This document shows positions 1 to 13,614 of a stretch of 64,000 nt of DNA, piece by piece. The notes under the pieces were generated by a model that was given only the letters and a program-made list of their open reading frames with translations, searched no databases and had not been told where the DNA came from. Made by a program: the position numbers and the translations under genes. Origin of the DNA: the human T2T-CHM13v2.0 reference genome, Homo sapiens; NCBI RefSeq assembly GCF_009914755.1, contig NC_060929.1; one strand, given 5' to 3'. How positions within the stretch are numbered: position 1 is the first letter of the stretch; every line of letters starts with the position of its first letter.

Positions 1-286
1 AACTGAAAGAGAAGCATGAACAATTTATTCTAACTAGTGAAGAAGAAGTCAGAATTTATGGGTTAAGAGTCACACAGGTGGTTAGATACGATGATGGGAG
101 CTTGTGAAAATTTTCTTCTGATGGTTTCTCAATAAAATAAGAAGCAAGATCTCATCTAAAAGTAACAATAGGGGAGGGGATATTGAAAGTCTGATACATT
201 AGTAGGAGGTATGGAACATCCCTTAGAAAAGTGGGGGAATAAAGAGATAGAATAACAGTATTTGTGTGTAGCAATAAGGGCCATTT
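1..286 (-). mobile_element. LINE-2 relic, left part, interrupted by MER52
   Basis: Purine-rich diverged sequence resembling antisense L2 (gggagcttgtgaaaattttcttctgatgg...aagaagcaagatctcatc); similar sequence resumes after 1340. Confidence 0.5.
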
Positions 287-1340
287 TGATGGCAGTGGCT
301 GCTGCCATGCTGGCTGCAGCAGGGAGGCCCGGCTGGAGCTGCACACTCCATGGTGCCAGTAGGAGCCCCGACCCTTCTGAGTTGGGGCAGGAGCTCCCCG
401 GGTGCCGCTACAGCTGTCCAAATCGCAGCTGCAGACCCAGGCCTGCTCTATAGAACAAGCAGGAGCCACGCCCTCCTGGGTGGGGCTACAGCCGCGGAAA
501 CTGTGGCTGGGAATCTGAGCCTCCCTGTGCTCTTTCCGGGGGGCCAGGAAAAGGCAGTATCTGCCCTCCCCTCCGGGTGAGGATGTAGCTGCAGCTGCTG
601 GACCCACATCTGCAGACCTGCGCCTCCTGTTCCACAGAGCTAGCAGGAGCCAGGGACAAGCAGGAGCCCTGCCCCTTCTAAGTTGGTGGGGCAGGAGCTC
701 CCAGGTGCTGCTGCGGCCACCCTCTCAGGGAAGGACCCGGGCATCTCTACAGCCTGCACCCTCACAGGTTCCAGAAAGGACACTCCCCCATCCCCCAGGC
801 AGGCTCTGGGGTGTTTTCTCCCACTGCCTGGCCTCTCTACTTTCCTGGCACCTGTTCCGATTGTGGAGCAGGATCTGGGCCGAGCTCCCGGACCATGAAT
901 GGCAACGGGAGGCAGACACCCGGGTGGAAGCGGGTGGGTCTCCAGTAAGGCCTCACCTTCAGTCCAGGGAGGACCTGAAGGCTGGGGGCTGGGCTGCCAG
1001 TCCTGCAGACTGGAGTGGGGAGCCTCTTCTCAGGTAAGAATCTTAACCTTCTCACCGGCCCATGGCTGCCCATGGACCAATGGACATGCACTTCCTCCCC
1101 TCTGAGGTCTGTAAAAGCCCTAGGCTCAGCCAGAGGACAGCCAGAGGACGAAGAGGGCAGAAAGGCAACTGGACGACCAGACCACCTGCAGAGAGGAGCT
1201 ACCCTCTCTGCTGAGAGCTGCAGAGATGGCTTGTCTGCGTACCTCATTCTTCCTGGGCACAGGACAAGAACTCTTGTAAAGGTGCCACTGGCCACAGAGG
1301 TTTCTGGGAAGAAAATTGATACCCCAAGGATCCCGTAACA
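287..1340 (+). mobile_element. MER52-family solo LTR (ERV1 class)
   Basis: Starts tgatggcag and ends ggatcccgtaaca (TG...CA). GC-rich, with internal repeats (gagccc...cccttc..agttgg..gggcaggagctccc at ~363 and ~663). Near 4-bp TSD attt (283-286) / gttt (1341-1344). Confidence 0.85.
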
Positions 1341-1720
1341 GTTTCATAGTGAAGAATTTAAGTGACATCAAATAGCATGATTGGTTGTTTCTGCTAGCCA
1401 CAGGGCCACCTTCATGGAGGAGACATGGAGTAAGTAGAGTTGAGTCTTCTAGGACTGAGGTTTTTGTCAAATAAGAGCAAAGCAAGAGAAAAATAATGAA
1501 GTTGAAGTAGTATGTAAGAAAATGATTTACAATATTAGACCACAGAATAAAAGCTCAGTAGGGGAGAAGGAGTTGAGGCAGAATCAAAGAATTGTTGGAG
1601 TTGGGGTACAGGAGGTACTAGCTGCAAAGGCAGTAGGGGGGTGGGCAGAAATAGAATGCTTGACATTGAGATGGTAGTTATTATTAATGACAAGTCTGGG
1701 AATGACAGATGTAGTGAATG
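1341..1720 (-). mobile_element. LINE-2 relic, right part
   Basis: Continuation of the purine-rich L2-like sequence after the LTR; highly diverged. Confidence 0.4.
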
Positions 1721-1727
1721 CCAAGTT

Positions 1728-1830
1728 TTCTGATAAATGCTTTACATGCATTATCTCATTTAATCCTCATTAATCCATAGAGATTTACTTTTCCAGTTTT
1801 TCACATGAGAAATAAAGGAAAGACAAGTTC
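1728..1830 (-). mobile_element. MIR fragment
   Basis: tgctttacatgcattatctcatttaatcctca matches the antisense MIR core. Confidence 0.7.
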
Positions 1831-2844
1831 CAGATCCTTTTGTGTTGTTGACAGCTATCAATACTGTATCTTACCATAAAAAATTTCTCTTTTCACAAAT
1901 TAAGTATCTCAAGTTCATAGGTTTTAAACAACCATAATTATACAGCTCACTAGTGGCAAATTAAGGTCTAGAATACAGGTTTTATAGTTCCATGGTAAAT
2001 TTTCATGACAATATTCATGTTTGCTATGATCCTTAGAGAATTAGCAATTTGAAACTTTCTGTGAAATGCCTTGAGAAATAATTTTTTTCTTGCAGCTTTT
2101 CCTCAATAATTTGATATATTAAATTCAAGGCCCAGATCAGTCTCTCAACTAAACCTTTCAATAGTGAAAAAGAGATTGTAGCAGATGGAAACACGATGTC
2201 CAGGTGATCTATTTGAGCATTTCCTTTTCATAAACTTATCTGGACTCAGTAGAAGCCAGCCTTAGAATAATCGATAGCACTGCTTAGACAACTTCTAAGT
2301 AGCTTAGCTTTTCCTTTATTGTTTCACCAAATATACAAACTGAATCTTAATTGGAAATGACAGACATTTATGATTAAATTACAACTTCATAGTCGTAATG
2401 CTCCTTTGGAATGAATTCATAATGAAGTTTTTTGGGGGGCTTGTCAGTTTTCTAGGGTTAAGTGTGTGCTAGAAGGTGAGGCAGAGCATCAATTTTTAGG
2501 TCAATAGTTCATGAGATTAGGCTTTATTGTAAGCACTGACATTTCTCGTTTTTCCTTATTCTGATCCCTCATGGATCCCTCTCCCTCCCCAATTAATCAT
2601 AACAGTAATACTCAAACGACAAATGAACAAGGTATGTCTGGCCTGTGTAAGTATGAACTTTATTGTTGTTCATTTTGACTGTTTATGAAAGCAAGACTCT
2701 AAGGAACAGGAAAATATTGGAGATGATCAACTTGTTGTAATGCCTCAAAATGTAATATCTTAGCAGTCATACACTCATCTCCATTCACTGTTAACTTTCC
2801 CATGCTTTAACACTTTGAAGGGAGCACAAGAAAACTTTGTTACT

Positions 2845-3324
2845 TGTATTGGTTTCCTATTGCTGTTAACAAATTTCCACAAACCTAAAACAACACAAAT
2901 TTATCTTACAGTTCTGAAGGTCAGAAGTCAAAAAAACACATTTCGGTGGGCTAAAATCAAGGTGTGGCAGGAGTGCATTGCTTCTGGAGGCTCCAGAGAA
3001 TCTTACCTTGCTTCTTCCAGCTCCTAGGGACCACCTGCATTCCTTGGCTCATGCCCCTCTCCCAGCAATGCTATTGCTCTGACCTCTGCTTCTGTCCCCA
3101 CATCTCCTTCTCTGATTCTGAACCTCCTGTCTTCTTCTTTTTTCTTATAAGTATCCTTGAGATTATCTAGGGCCAACCTGGATAATTCAGGTTAATATCC
3201 TCATCTCAATATCTTTATCTTAGTTACATCAGCAAAGTCCCTTTTGCCACTTAAGGTAACATATTCACAGGTTCCAGAGACTTGAACGTTTATATATTTT
3301 AGGGCTACTGTTTAGCCTGCCACA
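2845..3324 (-). mobile_element. MLT1D-like MaLR solo LTR
   Basis: tgtattggtttcctattgctg...cttacagttctgaaggtcagaagtc...gcaaagtcccttttgcca.ttaaggtaacatattcacaggttcc...caca; ~480 bp with TG...CA ends. Confidence 0.85.
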
Positions 3325-3581
3325 TTGTCAACAACTCTGAGAGTGTTTTCTCCTCTGTCATGGTTTTTCTGGTGCACAACCCACACAATCTTTGTGTGCT
3401 GAGTCACTTTGTCCTGTCAGGTGGTCCTCTTAGATGGGGCCATTTCAAGTTGTATCTGGCCCAACCATCTGTGTGACATCCAGTTAATCCATGATAAAGC
3501 TTGATGTCTTTCCTCGCCAAAATCTGGCTATGTAATCCCTTCCACCCACCACTCATCATTGGCATCTCCCTCTGTCTTTGG

Positions 3582-3790
3582 CCATCATAGGCAATTCCAG
3601 AAAGCCTTTAGTTCATCAGACAAGGTGTAGGGTGTGTGTGTCAGTTTCATTTTCTGGTAGACATTCCTACTCTTTATGAATGGTTCCATCATAGGCATTC
3701 CAGAAAGCCTTTAGTTCATCAGACAAGGTGTAGGGTGTCTGTGTCAGTTTTGTTTTCTGGTAGACACTCCTACTCTTTATGAATGGTTCC
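3582..3790. repeat. Tandem duplication, 104-bp unit x2
   Basis: ccatcatagg...tttatgaatggtt starts at 3582 and again at 3686; about 5 differences between copies. Confidence 0.95.
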
Positions 3791-3890
3791 TTTAGAGACT
3801 CCTCCACTGGGTTTGAGGTGGGGAAAAGAAACAATGTGTACTCCGGCAACTCTTTTTCTGAGAAATCCTCATGCATTCTATAAACCTCTT

Positions 3891-4563
<673 letters not shown>

Positions 4564-4573
4564 CTCTTTAAGT

Positions 4574-4578
<5 letters not shown>

Positions 4579-4635
<57 letters not shown>
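4579..4635. repeat. (TA)n microsatellite, about 28 units
   Basis: Pure TA run. Confidence 0.98.
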
Positions 4636-4638
<3 letters not shown>

Positions 4639-6012
4639 TTCCAGACGGATGATGTACTAAGGCTAAGAGAACCTTGTTAGCAAATCCTGCAGTGGTGTCT
4701 GACCCCTGTCTGTAGAATGGGGAGTTACCTGTTGTCTAATTGGCTTTGGGTCTTAGCTGATATGCTCTATTATAGAAGTAAGGAAGGGATTCCAGCACAG
4801 CTGCTAGGGCAGGAGGTGTGGAAAGAGGAACATAGTTGAAATTCTAGGGACTTTTACATATTAAAGGACACATTAAGCAGTGCTCATCTCTACCTTGAAA
4901 GTCCCCTCCAGCCAATTCCTCTGTTGAGTAGTTTCAGATGGGATGACTGGTTCTATGTGTAAGTGAATCATGTGTACCCAGCATACTCTTGTTTAACAGT
5001 TTGATGGAATAGCTTTTAGGGTTAAATCTGCTTTTGTGATGTCTGCTGGAATAGTGGTCTTCAAGTCTCTTTCCCTAGCATGACCTGATTCCCAAAATAA
5101 TTTTATAAAACCATATAGGTTGCACATTTTTAAGTTGAAAAATGATACGTTTAAGATTTTAAGATGAACTATCTGCAAAAGTCATAATTCTAGCAAATTG
5201 TAAATATTGACATTTTATTTTAAAAATGTAACTTTTAAGTGTATCCAATAGACTCCAAATGCCATAGAGATTTGATATCCATCATCATTAACTTAAAAAC
5301 CTTAGAAAGTTCTTCTTTAACAGAATTTTTACATAATTCCTTTTTTACCTTTGAGCTTACATTTTCATTTTCTTCCCCTACAAAATTTAGTTTTATGTAA
5401 CACATTTTATGTTTGACAATATTATATTGACAACACTATTGTACTTCTCTGCAACATATATAATACATATATATAAAGAGTAAGTTTTTAATTTTTTTTA
5501 AAAAGGGAGGCTCTAAGCATTTTTAAAAGGATCATTTGAAATGAGCTATTATAATTATTATGACAATATAATTGGTCAAAATTATAATTGTTATAAACAT
5601 GAATAATTATCAAACATAAAAAGATTTTATCTTTCAATGAGATGGGCTTTTTTTTCCCAATTAGTTCATGTACTTATTGGCTTCAGAATCTGTTTTATTC
5701 TTTTTTAGTAGGTACAGATTTTGATGAACTTTGTTAATATATATCTAAGTAGATGTGGATATAATAAAATTATATTATAGTAATATTCAATTTATTCATT
5801 CCTATTTATCACCAAATTTTATTGCAATAATTTATCAGCCAACAACTCAATTGGGTCCTTTTTCAATTTTGTTGAAAGCAAATAATTAAGAATTATTTAA
5901 ATTGCAAAAGGTTTTTTACCCAGTCATTCGTTGTTCACTTTTTCAACTTGAACACCAACAATTTAAATTTTTCCTGGAGGTTTTTATACCTGGAGTAATT
6001 TTAGGGTGAGAG

Positions 6013-7225
6013 TTTTTTTTTAACTTTATATTAGTGTATAAATACAGAAAAGTGTATGTTTCATAATGTGCAGCTTGATGAATTTTTACCACTTAATGCA
6101 TCAGTGTAACAAATTCTCAGATCAACAAGAAACAAAACATTATTAGCACTCCATGAGCTCTTTACTTGTTCTTTTCTAATCACTATTCACTGACTCCCCC
6201 AACCATATTTGCCTTTTTCTTTTCCTTTGGTAATTGATATAAGGGGAATCATTCATTATGCTCGCCTTTGCTGAACATTATTGAAATTGAGATTCATCTT
6301 GTATTTTGCATATATCTGTAGATTATTCACCCTTATTACTGCATAGCACAATTTCTTTATTCATTCTATTATTGATGGGCACATTTATAGTTTGAGGCCA
6401 TTAGAAATATTAGTATTATGAATATTCTAGTATTTGTTTTATTTTCATCTATGTATACTTTTCTGTTGAGTATATATACATTGTAGTAGAATTGCTGGGT
6501 CATGGGGTCATGGAATATGCATTTTAGCACAGCTTTAGTACTTACTGCCAGATAGTTTTTCAAAAGAGTTGCACCAATGTATATACTCAGCAGCAATGAA
6601 TAAGGTTTCTGGTTGCTTCATATTCTTGTCTACACTTAGTATTATTTGTTCTTTTTATTAGCCTTTCTAGTGGATATATAATGGTATCACATTGTGATTT
6701 TAATTTGCATCACTTTGAGCAATGAAGTAGATCATTATTTTATATGTCACTTGGCCATTTAGGTCTCCTTTTTTTGTGAAATGTCTAATCTTTTTTTTTT
6801 TTGCCAATTTTTTTGTTGTTACAATTGCTTTACTGATTTGTTGAAGTTTTGTTTTCATAATGTATTCTGTGTATAATACTTTTTCGATATAAGTATTGGA
6901 AAATATTATATTTCATCCTATGGGTTGCCTTTTCATGCTATTAGTGATAACTTTTTGTAAACAGAATACTTAATATAGTCCAATTTATCTTTTTTCTTTT
7001 ATAGTATAAGCTTTTTTGAATCTTATATAAGAAATCTTTGCCTATCTCAAGGTCATGAAAAAGCTCTCCTATACAGCTTTATTAACTCCAAGAGATTTAT
7101 TATTTTACCTTTTATATTCAAATCTATAATTCATAAAGAATTAATGTTTGTGTATGCTGTGAGGTCAAGACCAAAACATATTTTTCCCCAGTATGGATAT
7201 CCAATCGATCCAGTACCACTTATTA
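6013..7225 (-). mobile_element. Old L1M (L1ME-like) 3' end
   Basis: T-tail, then aatgtgcagcttgatgaattttta, gatgggcacatt, agaattgctgggtcat, atggtatcacattgtgattttaatttgcat, gatatccaatcgatccagtaccacttatt. Confidence 0.85.
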
Positions 7226-8498
7226 TGCCCTTTCTTCAAGTTGGAGAGGAGCTATTATAAATGGGGTGATGAAAGGAAATCTGAACTTCCATAACAGGCT
7301 CATTCTTAGACACCACAATTTTAGAAAAAGTAAACATGAGAGTTGAAAAACAGAGAATCTACTACTCTAAAAATATCTCTTTCTTCATATCTTTTGGGAA
7401 ATCTTGAAGGACTCTAGGGCATTTCAGTTTGAACACTACTGTTCTAAGAAGTAAGTCAGGATAGAGGAAGATAAGCATTCTTAAAAGGGAGGATAGAGTC
7501 CATATGGCAACTCGTAGGCATTGTACATGCAAGAGGACGTTGGGGCCCAAAGGCAGACAAAGAGCTAATGATATTGTGGAGTAAATTGGGCAAACTTTCT
7601 TGACTAAATGAAGTGAGATCTCTTTTCTCCCTAAGCTACTTGGCAGTTTGTATTTATTTTTCTGTTGACTGCACAGAACTTTTCAGCAGTGACTACTAAA
7701 ACCACACTATGCTGTAGCTTCATTTTGGATCATCATTTTTTCTTGCCAAAGGTCATTCAGCTAAAGATTTTAAATAGATCTCGATGGAATTTTATATGAC
7801 GGAAATTATTGAGCAATCGCATTTTACCAGTTATTCTCTTTTTACATATGAAAATTCTAAAGCAGTGAAATATTAAAATAGATTGTCCTAGGTCATGTCC
7901 TGAGTTTTATGCTTAGTTTCTTAGAAACCAAAATTCCCTATTTCCAGCCTAGTGCTTTACCCCTCTCTGAAAGTTATGCCTTTGCAAAGAATTAAAAATT
8001 CCAGTCAAAGGAACCCCCAATCATCAGATGTTTTTGTTCTGTACATGGAGAATCAGCCTAAGGCTGTCTCTGTGGGCATGTGTGCTTCTGTGGATTTCCC
8101 AAGGGCCATGGGAATGGCTGTGGACACAGAGCAGGCAAAGTGTCTGTGATCAGGACATGATAGAGATGACACTGTACTTCCTTTAGCTGCCCTCGGAGAC
8201 ATCTTGTGCCTCATAGCAGAAGGTAGAAGTGGGGAGATTTTTGTCTAATAGGACGGTTTCAGGCACTGTCAGAGCTGTGGGTGGGTTACGTACCATTTCC
8301 TCAAGCTGTACTTGGGGGAGAAGTTGGGGAGAACTTGTGCATTTAACTGCTTGGGTTGGCCCAGCAGTGTTTCTTGCTTTTTCAACCCTCAGAGTTCTGA
8401 AGCAATCGGGAAATGTTACAGGAAGGAGAAAGAGGTTTTCAGGGACAGAAGGATAGTGACTAGCAGGGCAATGTTGGAAATGGAAAACAAAAAAACAA

Positions 8499-9057
8499 AT
8501 TTTTTAAAATAAGCCTTTTACTTGGGAATATTTTAGATTTGCAGAATTATTCAGAAGATGCTACAGAGAGTTTTTGTATACCCTACACTCAGTCTTCCCT
8601 GTTAATAGCATCTTATGTTAGTATGGCACAATTATTGCAATTAATGAATAAGCATTGATATATTATTATTAACTGAAGTCCATACTTTATTCACATTTAT
8701 AAAGTTTTTCCACAGTGTCCTTTTTCTGTTCCAGAATCCCATCCAGGAGACAATATTTTATTTAGGAAGGATGTCTCCTTAAGTCCTACTTGTTGTGACA
8801 ATTTCTCAGACTTTCCTTGTTTTTGATGACCTTGATAGCTTTCAGGATCAGGTATTTTGTAGAATGTCCCTCGAGTGGGATTTGTCTGATGTTTTCTCAT
8901 GACTGAGTTGGGGTTAGATGTTTTTGAAAGAAAGGGTACAGAGACAAGGTGGCATTCTCATCACATATCAAGGGTACATACTGTCAATGTGGCTTACCAC
9001 TGTTGATGTTAACCTTGATCGCCTGGGTTAGATAGTGTTTGTCAGCCTTCTGCACTG
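8499..9057 (-). mobile_element. L1MC-type 3' UTR fragment
   Basis: ttttagatttgcagaa, ctgttccagaatcccatccagga, tttttgtagaatgtccctc..tgggatttgtctgatgttttctcatga, gatgttaaccttgatc. Confidence 0.85.
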
Positions 9058-9790
9058 CTTCCTGCAGGGCCAGATTAAATTTTGGAAGCTCTAAAGCATT
9101 GAAAAGGTTGTAAGACACATTTCCTCAAATTAATTTAAAAATATATATTACAAAATTTTAAATTGTTCTGATTTTTCCAATGATGACTACATTTTTTATT
9201 GTGATTTTTAAGCTATAAAATTGTTTCCTAAAAAAATTGTATTATGAAAAAAACATATCATGGTGCTTCTGTTTTGTTGATGCTCTATCTGTCCCCACGG
9301 TAATCCAACAAAGGCCCTCTGGGAGCAGTTTCCTACTCTTCATCCCATTCGAGAGATATCCTCACGTTCTCTCTCATCCCTTTTCCTTTTGGAAAAGAAC
9401 CTGGTAGGTGCTTTTTCTTCCCACAATAACTACAAATGCAAGGACTCCTTGCATTTAAATGAAATTAATATAATTCTCTCTATGAATATTTATTAGGAAC
9501 AATAGTTCCTAATATATTAAAACAAAAGAAGATCTCTGCTAGAAACAGGAAGAGTAGCTACAAAGGTTAGTAATAAACCTTTGTTCTTAGGGATCTTCTG
9601 ATCTATAGCAAACCCTACCTAAACCTAAACCATATGCATCAATCACTGGTTTCTAAGACTTGCCACATGGCAGATGAGGTATGTTTTGCAGTCATCGGCT
9701 TCCTGGGAAATCTCCAAATCATATTCTTATCTTCTAAGTTTGGCCTTGTTCAGAAGGAACCTGGATGTTAATTAACACTAGCCACTTAAC

Positions 9791-10093
9791 TTTCTTTTTT
9801 TTTTTTTTTTGAGATGGAGTTTTGCTCTTGTTGCCCAGGCTGGAGTGCAGTGGCGTGATCTCGGCTCACCGCCACCTCCGCCTCCTGGGTTCAAGCAATT
9901 CTCCTGCCTCAGCCTACTGAGTAGCTGGTATTACAGGCATGCGCCACCATATCTGGCTAATGTTGTGTTTTTAGTAGAGATGGGGTTTCTCCATGTTGGC
10001 CCAGGCTGGTCTCGAACTCCCGACCTCAGGTGATCCGCCTGCTTTGGCCTCCCAAAGTGCTGGGATTACAGGAATGAGCCACTGTGCCTGGCC
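9791..10093 (-). mobile_element. AluSp
   Basis: Full-length Alu; ttttgctcttgttgccc and ctcccgacctcagg motifs; TSD aacac(t/c)agccactt at 9774-9787 and 10094-10107. Confidence 0.93.
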
Positions 10094-10149
10094 AACACCA
10101 GCCACTTTCTTAGCATCCACCTGGAGTAGGAACTATGCTTGACCATACA

Positions 10150-10240
10150 AAACCCAGAGTAAGTGACTAAGGTCACACAGCTGGTGGTAGTGGAGCCATG
10201 ACTAGAGTCCTAAGCATCTGGCCTCAACATTTAGCTGTAA
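10150..10240 (-). mobile_element. MIR fragment
   Basis: aagtgactaaggtcacacagctgg..gtggagcc. Confidence 0.65.
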
Positions 10241-11134
10241 CTCACAAGATGGTTTACAGTTTTCTCGTGTCAGGTTTACACAAAATCCTGGTGCATTATG
10301 AACTACACAGGTAAAAGGATAAAAGGATTCCTTTCTCTCCTCTAAAGTACTCTTTTTCATCTTGGTGATGATTTACTCCTAAATAGTAGTTAAAAAGTAG
10401 AAGAGGGTTTAATGCTCATGTTCCAATATTATTCTCAAACAAGGCAGCATCACATGCTGAGATTAGCTGTTTATCAAGGATTTAGTATTACTTTAATGTA
10501 TGCATTCATTTAATAAACTCTTCAGAATAATGTGTTAGAGAAGTTAAGTCTTCTCCATTAACAAATTAGTTTTTATAAGAGGAGGATGGTGTAAAGTATA
10601 CTAATAAAAAGTATCCTCATATTGGGCAGATTACTTCAATATTTAGGACCATTAGAAAGGTAATTTTCAGTAATTTTCCTACTTTAGCCCATGCATAGCA
10701 TTATTCATGGCAGAAGAGGAAATAATCTCCTATTAAATGGGACTTTAAAAATATTATCCTTTAATCATACCAGCTAATTAGCACTAATGTATAAAACACC
10801 AAACAGAAAAAAGTGATTAATATCATTGATATATTATAGACAGATATTTTGTTTAAAATATCCAACATTTGGTAGGAAAGGGAGATAAAGCACATAAGAA
10901 TAATTTATTTAAAATTAAAAGTTTGAAGTTTACAATATTAAAATGTGGTAGTATATTAGTGAGTTGTGTATCATTAAAAAAAGTAAATGGCTTTTATAAA
11001 TGCCACAGTCTTTATTAGCAACCTGATTATTATTTTTCTGGTCTAAAACCAGAGATTTTTCTCCAACTGCTAATTTAAGAGAAGTAGTTAATTATTTTTC
11101 TATTTCTCACTCTCTCGTTTTTTTTTTTTTTTAA

Positions 11135-11650
11135 TGTAGCATAAATAGCTAGTTGCTTCTCAAATACCCAAACAACCATTCCATATTTCTTTCTTACTAA
11201 TAGAACCTTGATTTTCTGGAATAATTACACAGAGTCATTTCATGATTTGAGGTAAGTTTAAGATAGTCATAAAACTTCATTCTCCTTTGCCAATGGCTAT
11301 ATTTTTCAGCTTTCTTTGCAGCATTTGAAGTTCTATAACTATGTTATGGACAATAAAGAAAATATCCTGCTAAGAAGCTTCTGAAAAAAAATTGCTTTCC
11401 AGATAAAATGGCAACTGTACCACTGCTATTCTGTCATTTTTCTTTTCCTTCCTTTGAATTTAGGTGTGAAGCCTTGTGTTATGGAAGCCATCTTGTGACC
11501 ACAAAACCACAAGCCACATGAAACAGATAAAAGTAGCCCCATTTTTATTATCAACATTAAATTTATCATGGACTGCCTGTCTTCAGACTTTTTATTACAA
11601 TATTTTATTCAGTTTTAAAGTATACATTTATTTTGGCACTTTAACAGCTC
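11135..11650 (+). mobile_element. Old MaLR LTR fragment (MLT1I/J/K-like); similar 3'-end fragment at ~12150-12248
   Basis: ttcttactaatagaaccttgattt, gccatcttgtgaccac, tggactgcctgtcttcagacttttt; later ttggttaagccattcctagttgggtattttcttact. Confidence 0.5.
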
Positions 11651-12512
11651 CAAAATTAGGCTTGGAGACTATAGCAGAGGACTCTTTAAATCCTTAAGAA
11701 CTGAGAAAGGAGGCAGAGGAGATGGTAAATTAGGTGGGTTTTAGCAGCATTGTTAAAGGGGATAGCTACCTATTTTCAAAGTTGGCTTCGGAATTTAGCT
11801 CCAGTGGTGCTTACTTCTTCAAAGGACTATTTTAAGAAATGTTGCATCATTTATGCTCTTGATGACACAGAAACCAACATTGAATGGAAAAACTCATTGG
11901 CAATTTTGAGTTGACTATGAATCAGAAGAGTTGAACTCTGAATCTGAAAGAGTTTAGAGACATTAACCAGTTTATTTCTCATTTTAAAGTATGCAGATAG
12001 GTGATATGATACAGATCCAGGTTTAATACATCTATATATAATAAAAATTCTAAGTAATATAGAAGCATGTGTAATAGTTACTTGGCAGCATGTTTCTTTA
12101 GAAACATACAATAATGATTACTCTTATAGCTGGCGGTACTTCAGTTTTGACAAACTGTAGTGTGTAAGAGAAAGAATCTCCTACTTGGTTAAGCCATTCC
12201 TAGTTGGGTATTTTCTTACTTGGAACTGGAATAATTTCCACTGTACACAAGAACACTCCAAATTCTTGTTCCATAAGCTGTACTTGAAAATATGTTTTTC
12301 ATCCTACTGTATTATTCTTAAGACTCCATTTAGCATGGCCTTTTGGTGGTCTGAGTGTGCGAGGCTTCCTTTAAATACCTGGATTGGCTTGAACTGATTA
12401 TTAACTTACTATAAAAATCTTACACACACACTAATGTTTTTAGATAGCTACTGCTTCTTCAGCTTACATTCCAGGAATTATTTACAAATTTCAGAGTTCT
12501 TGAAGTCAGCTC

Positions 12513-13614
12513 TGTGATGGTTAATTTTATGTGTCAGTGTAACTGGGCTAAGGGATCCCCAAATAGTTGGTAAAACTTTAAGGTGAGTCTGTGAGAGTGT
12601 TTCTGGAGATTAGCATTTGAATCAGTAGACTCAGTAAACAAGATTGCCCTCATCAATGTGAGTGGTCATCCTCCAATCCATTGAGGGCCCAAAGAGAATG
12701 AAAGGCAGAGGAAGAGTGAATTTGCTCTCTCTCTTCTGGAGCTGGGACATCCATCTACTCCCATCCTCAGATATCAGCATTCCTAATTTTGGGGCCTTCA
12801 GAATTGGATCCGTACTTACACTATTGCCCCCACCCTACAGTTCTTTGGCCTTTGGACACACACTGGGACTTACACCATTTACGTCCCTGGTTCTCAGACC
12901 TTCGGGCTTGGCTTTCCTTGGCCTCCAGCTAGCACGTGGGAGATTATGAGACTTCTCAGCCTCCATAATTACTTGAGCCAATCCCTCTTAACAAATCTCT
13001 TTATACTTATCTACATATAGTCATGCATTGCTTAATGATGGGGATGCACTCTGAGAAATGCATCATTAGGGCATTTTGTTATTGCGTGAACATCATAGAG
13101 TATACTTACACAAAACAAAATAGTGTAGCCTACCACATATTTAAGCTATATAGTATAGCCTGAATATTGTAGGTAATTGTGATAGAATGATAAGTATTTG
13201 TGCATCAAAACACCTGGAAACATAGAAAAGGTACTGTAAAGTATAGTATAAAATATAAAACACAGTACACCTATACAGAGCACTTACCATGAATAAAGCT
13301 TGTGGACTAAAAGTTGCCCTGGATGAGTCAGTGAATAAGTGGTGGTGAATGTGAAGGCCTAGCACACTACCATATACTTTTATATGACTGGTAGTGCAGT
13401 AGGGTTGTTTACACCAACATCACCATAAAGATATGAGTAATGCGTTGAGCTATGACATTATGACAGCTATGATGTCACTAGGCAATAGGAAATTTCTCAG
13501 CTCCATTATAATCTATGGGGCCACTGTTGTATATATGGTCCGACATTGACCAAAATGTGGTTATGACTATACAGCCTATGGGTTCTATTTCTCTGGAGAA
13601 CTCTGACTAGTACA
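12513..13614 (+). mobile_element. MLT2B-type (ERVL) solo LTR, interrupted by Tigger3
   Basis: tgtgatggttaattttatgtgtca...ggttctatttctctggagaactctgactagtaca; perfect 5-bp TSD agctc at 12508-12512 and 13615-13619. Confidence 0.92.
13018..13569. mobile_element. Tigger3/MER7 non-autonomous DNA transposon (Tigger3c-sized)
   Basis: Ends (t)agtcatgcattgcttaatgatggggat...ctgagaaatgcatcattagg and gaccaaaatgtggttatgacta; TA dinucleotide on both flanks. Confidence 0.9.

Noticed and set aside
152-1485. Cluster of overlapping 60-152 aa ORFs
   Set aside because: They lie largely within the GC-rich MER52 LTR, on both strands, with no recognisable domains; stop-codon scarcity explains them.
3582-3790. Repeat-spacer or CRISPR-like array (also 18036 and 53235)
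   Set aside because: Only two head-to-tail copies with no spacers, in a primate context.
9809-10033. Alu-derived ORFs (also at 4376, 29761, 31471, 35747, 54421, 58246, 61293)
   Set aside because: Standard Alu translation artefacts.
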